A DNA stretch of 64,000 nt, from assembly GCA_051313645.2 (NCBI GenBank), contig JBNRSN020000018.1, forward strand, positions 81,592,001-81,656,000. Reading direction: 5' to 3'. Below, piece by piece: positions 34,778-47,340 of the stretch. Under the pieces are notes generated by a model that ran no database searches, was not told where the DNA came from, and saw only the letters and a list, made by a program, of their open reading frames with translations. Made by a program: the position numbers and the translations under genes. How positions within the stretch are numbered: position 1 is the stretch's first letter; the number at the start of each line of letters is the position of its first letter. The stretch comes from Centroscyllium fabricii (Eukaryota).

Positions 34778-35013
34778 TGTGGTAACCGTGTATAACCACT
34801 GTACATAGTTGCTGGTCTACCTGTATAATATTGTAGGCCAGGTCAGCCACACCCCTAACTCCTCCCCTCAGGTCGGAGTATATAGGTGAGTGCAGACCTG
34901 CCCCCATTCATTCTTCACCTTGACCTCATCAGGAGACCAGCTCCATTCTTAGTTAATAAAAGCCTGTAGTTTAGGTAACTACTCGTCTTTGTGTATTAAT
35001 TGACGATACGTCA
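34778..35013 (+). mobile_element. Solo LTR related to the 29697 and 40138 elements
   Basis: TGTGGTAACC start, TATATAGG box, TTAGTTAATAAAAGCCT motif, TAATTGA...TCA end. Flanks CTTAA / CTTGG are a partial TSD. Confidence 0.75.
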
Positions 35014-35159
35014 CTTGGTAAAATAAAATAAAAACCTGCGTAATAACACCCCTTGGTTTATTTGAGGATTTATGATTGAAACCATTTTCTCTCACTTCCC
35101 AGCAAAATAATGGTCGTGAATTTCCTTGGAGCTGCTCCTGCTCTGCCCAGGTTTCCGCC

Positions 35160-35357
35160 ACGCGTCTGGTGAAGTGACAGCAGCAGAGCGAGAGCGAGAG
35201 CAGCTGTGAGGGGTCCAGGCCAGTGTTTTATGAGGAAATGCACTCAGTCTCAGGACAAGTTCACTTCCTTTTGGATCCTTGTACTCCCATTAACTTAACT
35301 GGGAGAATACATACTGACACGTGCTGTCCACTGCTGTGCCATACTGCAGGCATAATG
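35160..35357 (+). other. Candidate alternative first exon of ANKS1B
   Basis: Non-repetitive, 5'UTR-like GCAGAGCGAGAGCGAGAGCAGC stretch. Ends GCA GGC ATA ATG|GTAATG with a phase-0 donor, matching the phase of the host intron. The start coordinate is approximate. Confidence 0.35.
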
Positions 35358-35599
35358 GTAATGTTTGCTTTTTATATAGAGTACATAATATCGCAAATTT
35401 ATACTTCTGAAAATGTTGTCGAAAATAAGCTAAATATCTTAGCGATGTAACATATTGGGAACTTGGGAAAAAGACAGAAGCCATCAGCTCTCCGAGACAG
35501 ACATAATGATCCCCACTGACTACATGTTATCCAAACTTCACCATTGTCCAGTGAGCCCCATGAACTATAAGCAGTCCTCAATCTACATATGCCATGTAA

Positions 35600-35720
35600 C
35601 ATCTAAATGTCCTGCATTACAACAGTGACTACGCTTCACAAAGTACTTCACTGGCTGTAAAGCACATTGAGATGTCCCGAGGTTGTGAAAGGCGTTATAT
35701 AAATGTCTGCCTTTCTTTCT
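35600..35720 (+). mobile_element. Deu-SINE/L2-type tail fragment
   Basis: CATTACAACAGTGACTACGCTTCA...GGCTGTAAAGCAC...GTGAAAGGCGTTATATAAATG. Confidence 0.65.
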
Positions 35721-37413
35721 AAAATTACCGTGACCAAAGAAAGTGTGTAAACTTTGCTGAATTCAGTTGCAAAAATGATTATGCATCGAAGAAACATCAA
35801 TGTCAACTATTATTGTTATTCCATAAGGCGAAAGGACTTGATTAAATTATAGCATTGTATAATGTTATAGTTTTCTGCTGTCATTATCAAAATTGAAACA
35901 ATAGTGGATGTATTATGAATAAATCACAGTCGTGGATCACTGGATTTATCACTCATAAGAAAGATATTGCAAATTACTTGCATCTGTCATGCTCATGAAT
36001 TATAGGGTTTTCATAGTCATGAAATAAACCCAGTAATGAAACATCACTAATGTAATATCTTCTGTATAACTAAATTACATGGATCAATGAAATAACCAAG
36101 GTTAATTTGCATAGATAAAGGCATTCTAATTGTTTAAATTAAATCCCTGACCTAACATCATGCACTTTTCAATTCTGACAGCTCGTTGGTCCCTCACTAG
36201 GACCAAGTGTTCAACAGTTTCAGAAAGAAAATCTTCTATCCGCAACTGAATTAGCTCAGACTTGGACCATGGCTCTTTCAGTCAAACAGTCCATTAAGAA
36301 CAGGGGAAATTCATCAACAAACCTAAACGTATTTTCAAGATTTTAAACTTTGAATGTGTTGTTTTAATAAAGGTTCTATTACTTTTGAGAACTTTGAGTT
36401 ATTCAATTAGATTGGGGATTTACTGTCAACTTTAACAGTTTTTTTATGCTCAGAAAAGTGCACTTATAAATGTTATATTGCCAAATACCCTAAACATAAA
36501 TCATTGTCTTTATATTTGACTAGTTGACTGGAATTGAACTAAAGCGAGCTGCTCCAGTTCAGTCTGCATCAGTATTTCCAGATGTGTTTCCTCAAAAGTC
36601 CACAGCAAATCTTGCATATCTACCTGTAAACGTTTATAAGTTAAAGGAACTCTGGGTTTAAGGTATGGCATAGGTTTTGAATAAATGCAGTCACAGAAAT
36701 CTCCCAGCTATGTAGTTTCTTAATACAATTTTAGGACATAGATTAGAGCATAATTGACATGATAGTGAAATAATAACATATAAACCATCTTGTGCTGCAG
36801 TACAGTAACATTTACTTCATACCTTTACTGTATGTCACGTTCCACTTTTGCCACAATTGGAGATTGGAACTCTACTTTTTGTTCTTTAATTTAATATTCC
36901 CAGATCTACAGACAGGAGCCACATTGTGAACTGACATCGGGGCAGGAAACTGCAGACCTTGCTGTTCAATGGGGTTTTGTTCCACAGATTTTAAGCTCAC
37001 TTACGAAATGTCTAACCCTGTAGAAAATAAAATAAGAGCATGAAGGAGATAGCAAGGAATAAAAGAAGCAGTGAAATTAAGAGAGTTGAGCAGAACAGCA
37101 AATGGAGAGCTAAAGACAGACTAAAAGACTGGAAAAGTGGGAAGTACAGAGCTGAAACAGAAGGACAGATGCAACATATACCATTTCCACAGAGATGAGG
37201 ATGGAGAGACATGTTGTACAACCACATATACTCCCCTACTAATTACACATTTTCTTACCATAGATTACTGGTTTCCAAAGTTGCCACTCATTGCTTGTTT
37301 TGGTCATTAGCAATAATCACATATTGCACCTATATTCAGAAAGCTGTTTATTATCAACTTGTAATCTCCAAGTTGATAATTTCACTGTTTAATGATTTCA
37401 TTTTTGACTGATA

Positions 37414-37504
37414 ATTTCCTTTTTATTTAGCATAAGGATAATTAATGACCTGCACATTCAATGTGTGGTTCATTAATTATCCTTATGCTAAATAACAAGG
37501 AAAT
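37414..37504. repeat. 91-nt hairpin (inverted repeat)
   Basis: TTATTTAGCATAAGGATAATTAATGA (37423-37448) is perfectly complementary to 37470-37495. The stem extends further with ATTTCCTT/AAGGAAAT. Confidence 0.9.
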
Positions 37505-39288
37505 GGGAAATTCTGAAATTGTACTCTGAAAAAGCTACTGAATACACACTTAACTATTATAGCAGTGTATAAATAAACTGAAACATATTGGTTTACATTT
37601 GTAACAAGTGTACCATGGTTTTCAAATAGTTGATCTAATCTCAGCTGTATTTCCTTTTTAAAGTTTTGAAGTAAACAAAAATGGATTACTAGGATTACTG
37701 TATAAGTGCTGCAGGTAAAGATCAGAGTGAATCTTTCAGTTGAATTGAATTAGTTGGGCCACATTCATGGCAAGAACTCATTTGAATTTATGGATTTTTT
37801 TGGGTTTCCTCTGGAGTTTTTGTTTAATTTCTGGCACAAAATTCTCAAAACAGGTAATTTTTCATTTTTTCCTGGGAAAGTTGAGTGAATGTGCATGTTC
37901 TCGGCTAACTCTTACAAATAGCCTCAATGATTGAAAACGGCAAGGGACTTCTTGAGATGCAAGAACTTGGGGTATATTTTTCTCCATTCTCAGTGGAAAA
38001 AGAGTCATGTGCACAGAGATGTTTGTCTCTATTTTGTTTCCCACTTCATACACTCATCCACATTTTCACAAAAATTTGAATATAAAAGAAAAAACAGGTA
38101 TAGCCCTCTTTCTAAGATTCAAACTTTAGGAGCATGCTTTAGTTTGTCTTGCTGCAGACACAAGTCCATATTTTCACTATTTTTGAAATCCATTCGATCA
38201 GTAAAGAAAAGCTTTTGTCTAAACGTATCTGTGCTGTGGGTATTGTACTGACAAGAAAGGGAAGTAGTTAAATGTCTGCTTGAATTGCTGTACCACTGTA
38301 ATTTAGGCCAGTATGTGTCCTTCACTAAATTACTAATGGCTTCCCAGGGCAAGACTGGTGCTAAGTCAATCCACGTGGGCATTAGAACCATTATTGCTGA
38401 TATGTTGGAAACAAAGCTAGGTCCACACAATATTCTTTCTGGGCAGCATCTGTAAATAAATTGAAATATTTTAAAGCAATTATTCCATAGCTGTCAAATA
38501 GTTAACTGAATATAATGTTGGATTCTGCCCTGTACTGCCTGCAGGCAGAGTGTTGGAGAAACTGATGGTGAGCTTATCCTGAGGGAGGAGAAGATGTTTT
38601 GAACATTTCATTACCTCATCATATCTTTTTAATTGGTTAACTTGAGCATGATTAGGTTTTTATTTTATTTTTCAACTAATAAAAGTGATACAGTAATGAG
38701 AGTGGGGTTCCCCCAGCCACCTGAAGAGCTGATTTAAAGCATGTCCCTGTATGAATAGAATGCTATGAAGCTGAAAGACTTGCGTCAGTTGCTAGGATGC
38801 ATCAAATCCGGAAGGTGCATGGGTGGGGAAAAACTCTTACTGCGTCAAGCACTGTTTGTCCTAGTTTTCCCACGCAGCTATGTAATAAAGCTGAATCAGA
38901 GGAGCAAATAATTTTTAGAAAGTTCCCACTGTATGCTCATCAGCCACTAATGAGCATCACAATGTTCCTAGTCGCTGGAAAATTTAGGCTATATGACGTG
39001 CATTAAAATAAGAAATCACACTGGACCAATTGCAACATCAGTAATTGGATTTAAAAATGACTCAAGTTTTTACTGGCAGATATAGAGATGTGTTGGTTTA
39101 CAGCCCACTGACGCAGCAGACTGCTGCAGTGACGCGCTGTGCTGTAGAATGTTATAATGAGGGCAAGCCCTGTGTGTCTCAACACAGTGCGTTCCTGGTA
39201 TCAGCTGGGCTATCTCAGAGATGCAGGAAAACAACCAAGTAACTTCTTCAGAGAGAGGGCAGGAAATCAGAGAATCATTTAACCCACA

Positions 39289-39763
39289 CTGATACCTGGG
39301 ATGGCAGGAATGACGTATGAGGAGAGATTGGGTTGATTGGGCTTGTACTCGCTGGAGTTTTGACGAATGAGAGGGGATCTCATTGAAACTTATAAAATTC
39401 TAACAGGACTGGACAGACTAGATGCAGGAAGGATGTTCCCGATGGTGGGGTGTCCAGAACCAGGGGTCACAATCTAAAAGATACGGGGAAAGCCATTTAG
39501 GACAGAGATGAGGAGGACTTTCTTCACCCAGAGAGTGGTGAACCTGTGGAATTCTCTACCACAGAAGGCAGCAGAGCCCAATTCATTAAATATATTCAGG
39601 AAGGAGTTGGATATATTTCTTAAGGCTAAAGGGATCAAGGGATATGGGGCGAAAGCAGGGACAGGGTACTGAATTTGGATGATCAGCCATGATCGCATTG
39701 AATGGCGGAGCAGGCTCGAGGGGCCGAATGGCCTACTCCTGCTCCTATCTTCTATGTTTCTAC
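39289..39763 (+). mobile_element. CR1 3' fragment
   Basis: LIPGMAGMTYEERL...RGDLIETYKIL...FFTQRVVNLWN plus the shared tail. Confidence 0.9.
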
Positions 39764-40137
39764 GTTCCTCTGTATTTCCCAACAGCCAGCTCTAGAGCAA
39801 CTTTAGTTGCGGTTTGGATAAATACTTAACCTGCTTTTTTCTCTCACTTGGCAAGTTGGGTCTGGTGAGGCAGTCGTAAAATGGCCGGAGAAATCAGGTT
39901 TTAAACATGGGGGAGATGGTGGAATTCCGCCAGTTAATCAAGAAAAAATGCTGACAGAAATTTAACCAATTTACTGATTGACTTGTTATTGAACCTGTTG
40001 ATATAGGTGTGGTACTGTACAGTACACATATGTAATTTGGTCATGTTGTTTACTGCAGAAGACTAGTGATACAGTTGATAACTAATACTGAAATGCATTT
40101 TATGTCTTTATGTTATTAGCTTGACGAGTGACATAAA

Positions 40138-43100
40138 TGTGGTAAACCACTTTGTATATATATCTGTGTGTAACTATGCTGTACATAGTTCTCTGTATAT
40201 TGCTACCTGGGCATGCCCATGCTAGCCCCGCCTGTGACTCCTCCTTCCCAGGACCAGGTACATAAGCGACCGTCTCCCTTCCCCCAGTCATTCTGGGAAC
40301 GGTCGACTAGCTGGTGCATGCCTACCTTTTAGCTAATAAAAGCCTATTGTTTCACCTCGTTGTTTCTCGTCTCCGAGGTCGTTAATTCGGTAACAATTTT
40401 ATTAGCTAAATTTAACTATGGAGTCCATGCTCAAACCAGCGACATTCGAACTGGATCCCCAAACACCAGGCGCCTCCAATACCTTCACGCACTGGTTCGA
40501 CTGTTTTGACGCGTTCCTCAAAGCAAACGCGGCGGTCGTCAGGACAGAGGAGGACAAGCGGCGCCTTCTCAACGCCCGGGTGGGCCCCCAAGTCTACTCG
40601 ATGATTGCGGACGCATCGTCTTACCTAGATGCGATCCGGATTCTAAAAGCTGAATATAACCGGACTCCGAACCTCGTCCACGCCAGACACCTCCTGGCCA
40701 CCAGAAAGCAGCAACCCGGGGAATCGACCGTGGAGTTTCTATGAGCGCTGAGAGTCCTCTGCCGGGCCTGCAACTGTAAGTCACAGTCAGCCCAAGTACA
40801 CGCGGACAGTCTCATCAGGGACGCTTACGTGACTGGCCTCAGGTCCGACTATATCCGCCAAAGACTCTCGGAGCAAAACGGTATGGACCTGCAGGCGACA
40901 GCTGACCTGGGAAACACGCTGGACTTGGCGTCTCTTAACTTGTCGTCTTACTCGGGCAACCACGACCGGCGGAAGAGATGACTGCGGCTACGCACTCGAG
41001 AGGGCCTAAATGCTACTTCTGCGGTCAGGCCCAACATCCTAGGCGAAATTGCCCGGCGAAAGACGCGGCCTGCTCAAAATGCGGTAAGAAGGGACATTAC
41101 GCTAAAGTCTGCAGAGCAGCGGCAATACTGCACTCCAAACCAGGCAGCACCGCGTGGGGGCAGCCATCTTGGATACAGCCATCTTCACCACAGCCCGCCG
41201 CGTGGCAGCAGACAGCATCTTGGACACAGCCACCTCCATCACAGTACACCGCATGGCGGCAGCCATCTTGGGACCAGGCCCCAGACCTCTCGACCGACCC
41301 GATATTGGCCTCCATCACACTCGACCAGAACAAGAATCAGTCACTCAGCAGATCGATGATGACAGTGGAGGTGAACGGGCGGAGTACAGAGTGCCTTTTT
41401 GACAGCGGGAGCACGGCGAGCTTCATCCATCCAGATACGGTAAAGCGCTTCTCCCTTAAAGTCATGCCGGCTGGCCAAAAAATATCGATGGCGTCTAAGT
41501 CGGAATCTGCGGACGTCTGTGGTCACTGCGCAGTGACCCTGACGGTGCAGGGCGTACACTTCAGTAATTTTAAAGTGTTCGTGCTGCCGCAGCTCTGCGC
41601 TCTATTACTGCTGGGCCTCGATTTTCAGTGCCACCTCCAGAGCGTTACCATGGCGTACGGTGGGCCCCTTCCCCCGCTCACGGTCAGCAACCAGCGCTCC
41701 CCGCAGTACCCACAGCGCGCTACCTGTGGCCTCTCGACCCTTAAGGTCGCCCCCCCCCCTCGCTCTTTGCTAACCTCACCCCGGACTGCAAGCCCGTCGC
41801 CACCAAAAGTAGGCGCTACAGTACCGGGGACAGAGACTTCATCAAGTCTGAGGTGAAGCGGCTCCTGAGGGAGGGGGTCATCGAGGCCAGTAATAGCCCC
41901 TGGAGGGCGCAGGTAGTGGTGGTGAAGACCGGAGCCAAACACCGGATGGTTGTGGACTACAGTCAGACCATTAACCGGTTTACGCAGCTAGATGCGTATC
42001 CCCTCCCCCGCATAGCGGACATGGTGAACCAGATCGCCCAGTTTCGGGTCTTCTCGACCATCGATCTGAAGTCCGCATACCACCAGCTCCCCATCCGCCC
42101 AGAGGACCGTCGCTATACTGCCTTTGAGGTTGACGGCCGCCTCTATCACTTCCTCAGGGTTCCGTTTGGCATCACCAATGGGGTCTAGGTCTTCCAAAGG
42201 GAGATGGACCGAATGGTTGATCGGTACGGACTGCGGGCCACCTTTCCATATCTCGATAATGTGACCATCTGCGGCCACGACCAGCAGGACCATGACGCCA
42301 ACCTCCAGAAATTTCTCCACACCGCCAAAATGTTAAACCTGACCTAAACACGGAAAAATGTGTTCAGGACAACCCGCCTCGCCATCCTCGGCAGTGTTGT
42401 GGAGAATGGGGTCATCGGTCCCGACCCGGACCGCATGCGCCCCCTCCTGGAGCTCCCCCTCCCCCACTCCCTCAAGGCCCTGAAAAGGTGCCTGGGGTAC
42501 TTCTCTTACTATGCCCAGTGGGTCCCCAACTATGCGGACAAAGCCCGCCCACTGCTTAAATCAACCTCATTTCCCCTCTCAGCAGAGGCCCGCTCGGCTT
42601 TCTGCGGCATAAAAGAAGACATTGCAAAGGCCGCGATGCACGCTGTGGACGAGGCCGTCCTGTTCCAAGTAGAGAGCGACGCATCGGACTTTGCCCTGGC
42701 CGCCACCCTTAACCAGGCGGGCAGACCCGTGGCCTTCTTCTCACGCACTCTCCAGGGCCCCGAGACCCGTCACTCTTCTGTGGAGAAGGAGGCCCAGGCC
42801 ATTGTTGAAGCAGTGTGACACTGGAAGCACTACCTGGCCGGCAAACGATTTACCCTGCTGACTGACCAACGCTCAGTCGCTTTTATGTTCAACAACAAAG
42901 AGCGGGGTAAAATCAAGAACGACAAGATATTGAGGTGGAGAATTGAGCTCTCCGCTTTCAATTACGATATCTTGTACCCGGGAAATTCAACGAGCCCCCA
43001 GACGCCCTGTCCCGCGGTACATGTGCCAGCGCACAAGTGGACCGTCTCCAAACCCTGCACAATGACCTCTGCCACCCGGGGGTCACCAGGTTGGTCCATT

Positions 43101-44575
43101 TCGTTAAGTCCCGCAACCTCCCCTACTCCATCGAGGACGTCAAGACCATGACCAGGAACTGCCAGGTCTGTGCGGAGTGCAAGCCGCACTTCTTTCGGCC
43201 AGACCGGGCGCACCTGATCAAGGCCACCCGCCCCTTTGAGCGACTCAGTGTCGACTTTAAAGGGCCCCTCCCCTCGTCCAACCGAAACGTGTACTTCCTG
43301 AACGTCATTGACGAGTACTCGCGTTTCCCCTTCGCCATCCCCTGCCCGGATTTGACCTCCTCCACTGTCATCAGGGCACTTCACAGCATTTTCTCCCTGT
43401 TCGGCTACCCCAGCTACATCCACAGCGACCGGGGGGCCTCCTTTATGAGCGACGAGCTGCGTCAGTTTCTGCTAGCCAAGGACATCGCTACTAGCAGGAC
43501 TACCAGCTATAACTCCCGAGGGAACGGACAGGTAGAGAGGGAGAACGCCACCGTATGGAAGGCCATCCTGTTAGCTCTACGGTCTAAAGGCCTCCCAGTC
43601 TCCCGCTGGCAGGACGTCCTCCCCGAAGCGCTCCACTCCATTCGGTCACTGTTATGTACGGCCACTAACGCCACCCCTCACAAGCGACTTTTTGCCTTCC
43701 CTAGGAAATCGGCTTCCGGGACCTCGCTGCCGTCATGGCTATCATCCCCAGGACCCATCCTGCTCCGGAAGCACGTGAGGGGCCATAAGTCGGACCCCCT
43801 GGTCGAACGGGTCCACCTCCTGCACGCCAACCCCCAGTACGCCTACGTGGCGTACCCTGACGGGAGGGAGGATACGGTGTCCATCAAGGACCTGGCACCC
43901 GCGGGTGCCCCCGAGACCAGCACAACCCATCAGCCCGCCCCCCCACCCCCCGCCTGCCTGCCGCCACCTTCGGGCCACCAGCACCACAGTACGCCACTCA
44001 CTACGAGGCTCCAGCGCCACGGTATGCCCACCCAGCACCTGCAGGCAGCACAGCATGGCCCCCTAGTGTACGCACCCAAGAGCCGGATGACGAATGGGAG
44101 AGCGCGCCTCTGGTCGTTACCGCAAGGGCCCCAACGATGGACCGAACGCCCACGCCGACCTCGCTGTTACCGACTCCACTGCCAACGGTGTGCCCGCCGA
44201 CTCCACCACCAGCGGTGCGCCGATCGACTAGACAGACCAGGCCGCCCGACAGGCTTGACCTATAAGAACTGCGTCGCATTCGCCCCGCCGGACTTTTGTT
44301 TTTAAACAAGGGGTGAATGTGGTAAACCACTTTGTATATATATCTGTGTGTAACTATACTGTACATAGTTCTCTGTATATTGCTACCTGGGCATGCCCAT
44401 GCTAGCCCCGCCTGTGACTCCTCCTTACCAGGACCAGGTACATAAGCGACCGTCTCCCTTCCCCCAGTCATTCTGGGAACGGTTGACTAGCTGGTGCATG
44501 CCTACCTTTTAGCTAATAAAAGCCTATTATTTCACCTCGTTATATCTCGTCTCCGAGGTCGTTAATTCGGTAACA
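40138..44575 (+). mobile_element. Full-length Gypsy LTR retrotransposon (disrupted gag-pol), no tRNA PBS
   Basis: 258-bp LTRs at 40138-40395 and 44318-44575, about 6 differences by eye, 5-bp TSD ATAAA, PPT AAGGGGTGAA. Confidence 0.95.
40418..44305 (+). pseudogene. gag-pol with stops and frameshifts (Gag with two CCHC knuckles, PR, RT, RNase H, IN)
   Basis: CYFCG..HPRRNC / CSKCGKKGHYAKVC, LFDSGS, IDLKSAYHQ, PFG, YLDN, ESDAS, HHCC, VDFKGP, SDRG, NGQVEREN. Order PR-RT-RH-IN. Confidence 0.93.
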
Positions 44576-45344
44576 ATAAATATTTGCTGAAGATAGCTAA
44601 CTTCAATGAGCATGTGCTCAGTCATCCTAAAGTTCATACACTAGTGTGCACTGAATGCACATTTAACCAAGAGTTTCCAACATCCGTATGATAGGTTTAT
44701 ATTTGAGGATTCAGATTTGCAGGGTATTTGAACAATGTATTTAGAAGCCAATTTGATCCAAGGTTATACAACAGGCATTGTATGTGGAGCGAGTCTTGTG
44801 ACTCTAATTTGAGAAGTTGCTAACCTTTTTGAAAATGTTAATTAAACTTTTAAAATCTCAATTACACAATGTGTAGAAAATTATAGTTAATTCTATTCAG
44901 TAGCATTTCCTCTGCCAGTATAAATTGGTAATATGCAAAATTATTTTGTGAACCATTTAACTTTGGGGGAAAAATGTAGCTTCTATTTCTTTTCAAAATG
45001 TTTGTTTTTCATATGGCCTGATTGTGAGCAATAAAATAGGAATACGACCATATATAAAATACATACCTGATTGGGTACTGGGTTTTCAAATTAACATTAG
45101 AAGAAAGAAACACCAATGTGCGATAGCGTGAGGTAGGGGGATGTAGGTTTAATTCCTTCATTTTGACTGGTTCCCCATCTCAGCCCTGCTGCCAAGTAGA
45201 TTTGATCACCATCCTCGTGCCCAAAACTAAAATTTCTGAGATATCCTGACCAAAACAGCGCCTGCAGAACAATGATAGTCCATGAAAAAAAATTCATCAC
45301 AGAGCAATTAAAAAAATATTTTTTTATGCACACAATAAGAAATA

Positions 45345-45800
45345 GCAGCAGGAGTAGGTCATTCGGCCCTTCGAGCCTGCTCCGCCATTCAATAAGATCA
45401 TGGCTGATCTTCTACCTCAACTCCACCTTCCCACACTATCCCCAAATCCCTTCATTCCTTGAAAATCAAAAAATCTATCGATCTCTGTCTTGAATATACA
45501 CAATACGCAATGACTGAGCATTCATAGCCCTCTGGGGTAGAGAATTCCAAAGATTCACAACCCCGAGTGAAGAAATTTCTCCTCATCTCAGTCCGAAATG
45601 GTTGACCCCTTATTCTGAGACTGTGACCCTTAGTTCTAGACACCCCAGCCAGGGCTAACATTCTCCCAGCATCTACCCTGTCAAGCCCTCGAAGAATTTA
45701 TGTTTCAATGAGATCATCTCTCATTCTTTGAAGCTCTAGGGAATAGAGGCCTAGTCTCTGTAATCTCTCGTCGTCGGACAATCCCCCCATCCCAGGTATT
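45345..45800 (-). mobile_element. CR1 3' fragment
   Basis: SRTKGHSLRIRGQPFRTEMRRNFF plus a CR1 tail. Confidence 0.85.
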
Positions 45801-45814
45801 GGTCTTTTTTTTAA

Positions 45815-46750
45815 TTTGTTTATGGGATGTGGGCGTCACTGGCAAGGCCAGCATTTATTGCCCATCCCTAATTGCCTTTGAGAAGGTGGTGGTGAGCCAC
45901 CTTCTATAACCGCTGCAGTCCATGTAGTGAAGGTATTCCCACAGTGCTGTTAGGTAGGGAGTTCCAGGATTTTGACCCAGCGATGATGAAGGATCGGTGA
46001 CACATTAGAAAGTCAGGATGGTGTTCACTTGGAGGGCAACTTGGAGGTAGTGGCGCCTGCTGCACTTGTCCTTCTAGGTGGAAGAGGTTGTGAGTTTGGG
46101 AGGTACTGTCAAAGAAGCCTTGGTGAGATGATGGGCGGCACAGTGGCATAGTGGTTAGCACTGTTGCCTCACAGCTCTGGAGACCCGGGTTCAAATCCAG
46201 CCTCGGTACTATCTTTGTGGAGTTTGCACATTCTCCCCATGTCTGCGTGGGTTTCCTCCGGGTGCTCCGGTTTCCTCCCACAGTCCAAAGATGTGCGGGT
46301 TAGGTTGATTGGCCAGGATAAATTGACCCTTAGTGTTAGGGGGATTGAATATGTGGGGTTACGGGGATAGGGTGGGATATGTGTCGGTGTAGGCTCGATA
46401 GGGATCGAGGGAGAGGGCAGGGGCGGGGTGCTGGGTTTGGATGATCAGCCATGATCTCATTGAATGGCGGAGCAGGCTCGAAGGGCCGAATGGCCTACTC
46501 CTGCTCCTATCTTCTATGTTTCTATGCTGCAGTGCATCTTGTAGATGGTACACACTGCTGACGTTGTGCACTTGTGGTGGAGGGACTGAATGTTTAAGGT
46601 GGTGGATGGGGTGCGAAGCAAACAGGCTGCTTTTGTCCTGGATGGTGTCGAGCTTCTTGAGTGTTGTTGGAGCTGCACTCACCCAGGCAAGTGGGGAGTA
46701 TTCCATCACACTTCTGACTTGTACCTTGTAGATGGTGGAAAGGCTTTGGG
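45815..46750 (-). mobile_element. Non-LTR retrotransposon 3' end (RTEX-like), split by an HE1 SINE
   Basis: YKVQVRSVMEYSPLAWVSAAPTTLKKLDTIQDK and FIIAGSKSWNSLP...GLQRL lie on either side of the SINE. The clade assignment is from recall. Confidence 0.7.
46133..46526 (+). mobile_element. Full-length HE1-type SINE
   Basis: Boxes A and B, central domain and tail as in 2663-3055. Confidence 0.92.
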
Positions 46751-47340
46751 GATGTGGATGTGGGCAATAGTGTCCACTTTTGTCTCATTACACTTCTGTT
46801 AAGCACCCTGGGATATTTTCCTATGTGAAAGGGACTATATAAAGGCAAGGTGTTGTTGGTAGGTTTGGTGGACGTTGCTTGCTTTTCTCTTGCACTCACA
46901 TGCTGCCACCATAGTTGAAGGATGAAGATGTTCATGGAGCTTCCTCCTCCTGTTAGTTGCTTGGATATCCCCACCATTCTAAAGTAATGTCTGAGTATAT
47001 AATTACAGAGGGATGATTCTGTCATCCTTCACTCCCAGTGGCAGAAGCTGCATTCGCATAGAGTATGCATCACAGATATAGCGAAAACATTGTAGCCCCA
47101 TTTCTCGACCCTGTGACTGCAGCTCCCTGCTGGAGGCACAGAATTACTGCTTATTCCCTATTTTTTTCTTGTGTGGGAATGTTTTCATTGATTTCATACA
47201 GCTAAAATACAAGCTTACTTCACAAAATTGTAAGTTTTGAAAATTGAAAGGGAGTGGAAGAAAAAACTTTTAACAAATCTAGTTAGTTAGGATTTGAGCT
47301 GCTTTAATTTTTTTAAATAGAGCTGCTCTGAAAGCCAGTA

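Noticed and set aside
44001-44471. Minus-strand ORF starting in the LTR (env-like or accessory gene?)
   Set aside because: No signal peptide or transmembrane segment. It spans the LTR and integrase tail, and the other LTR gives only a short version.
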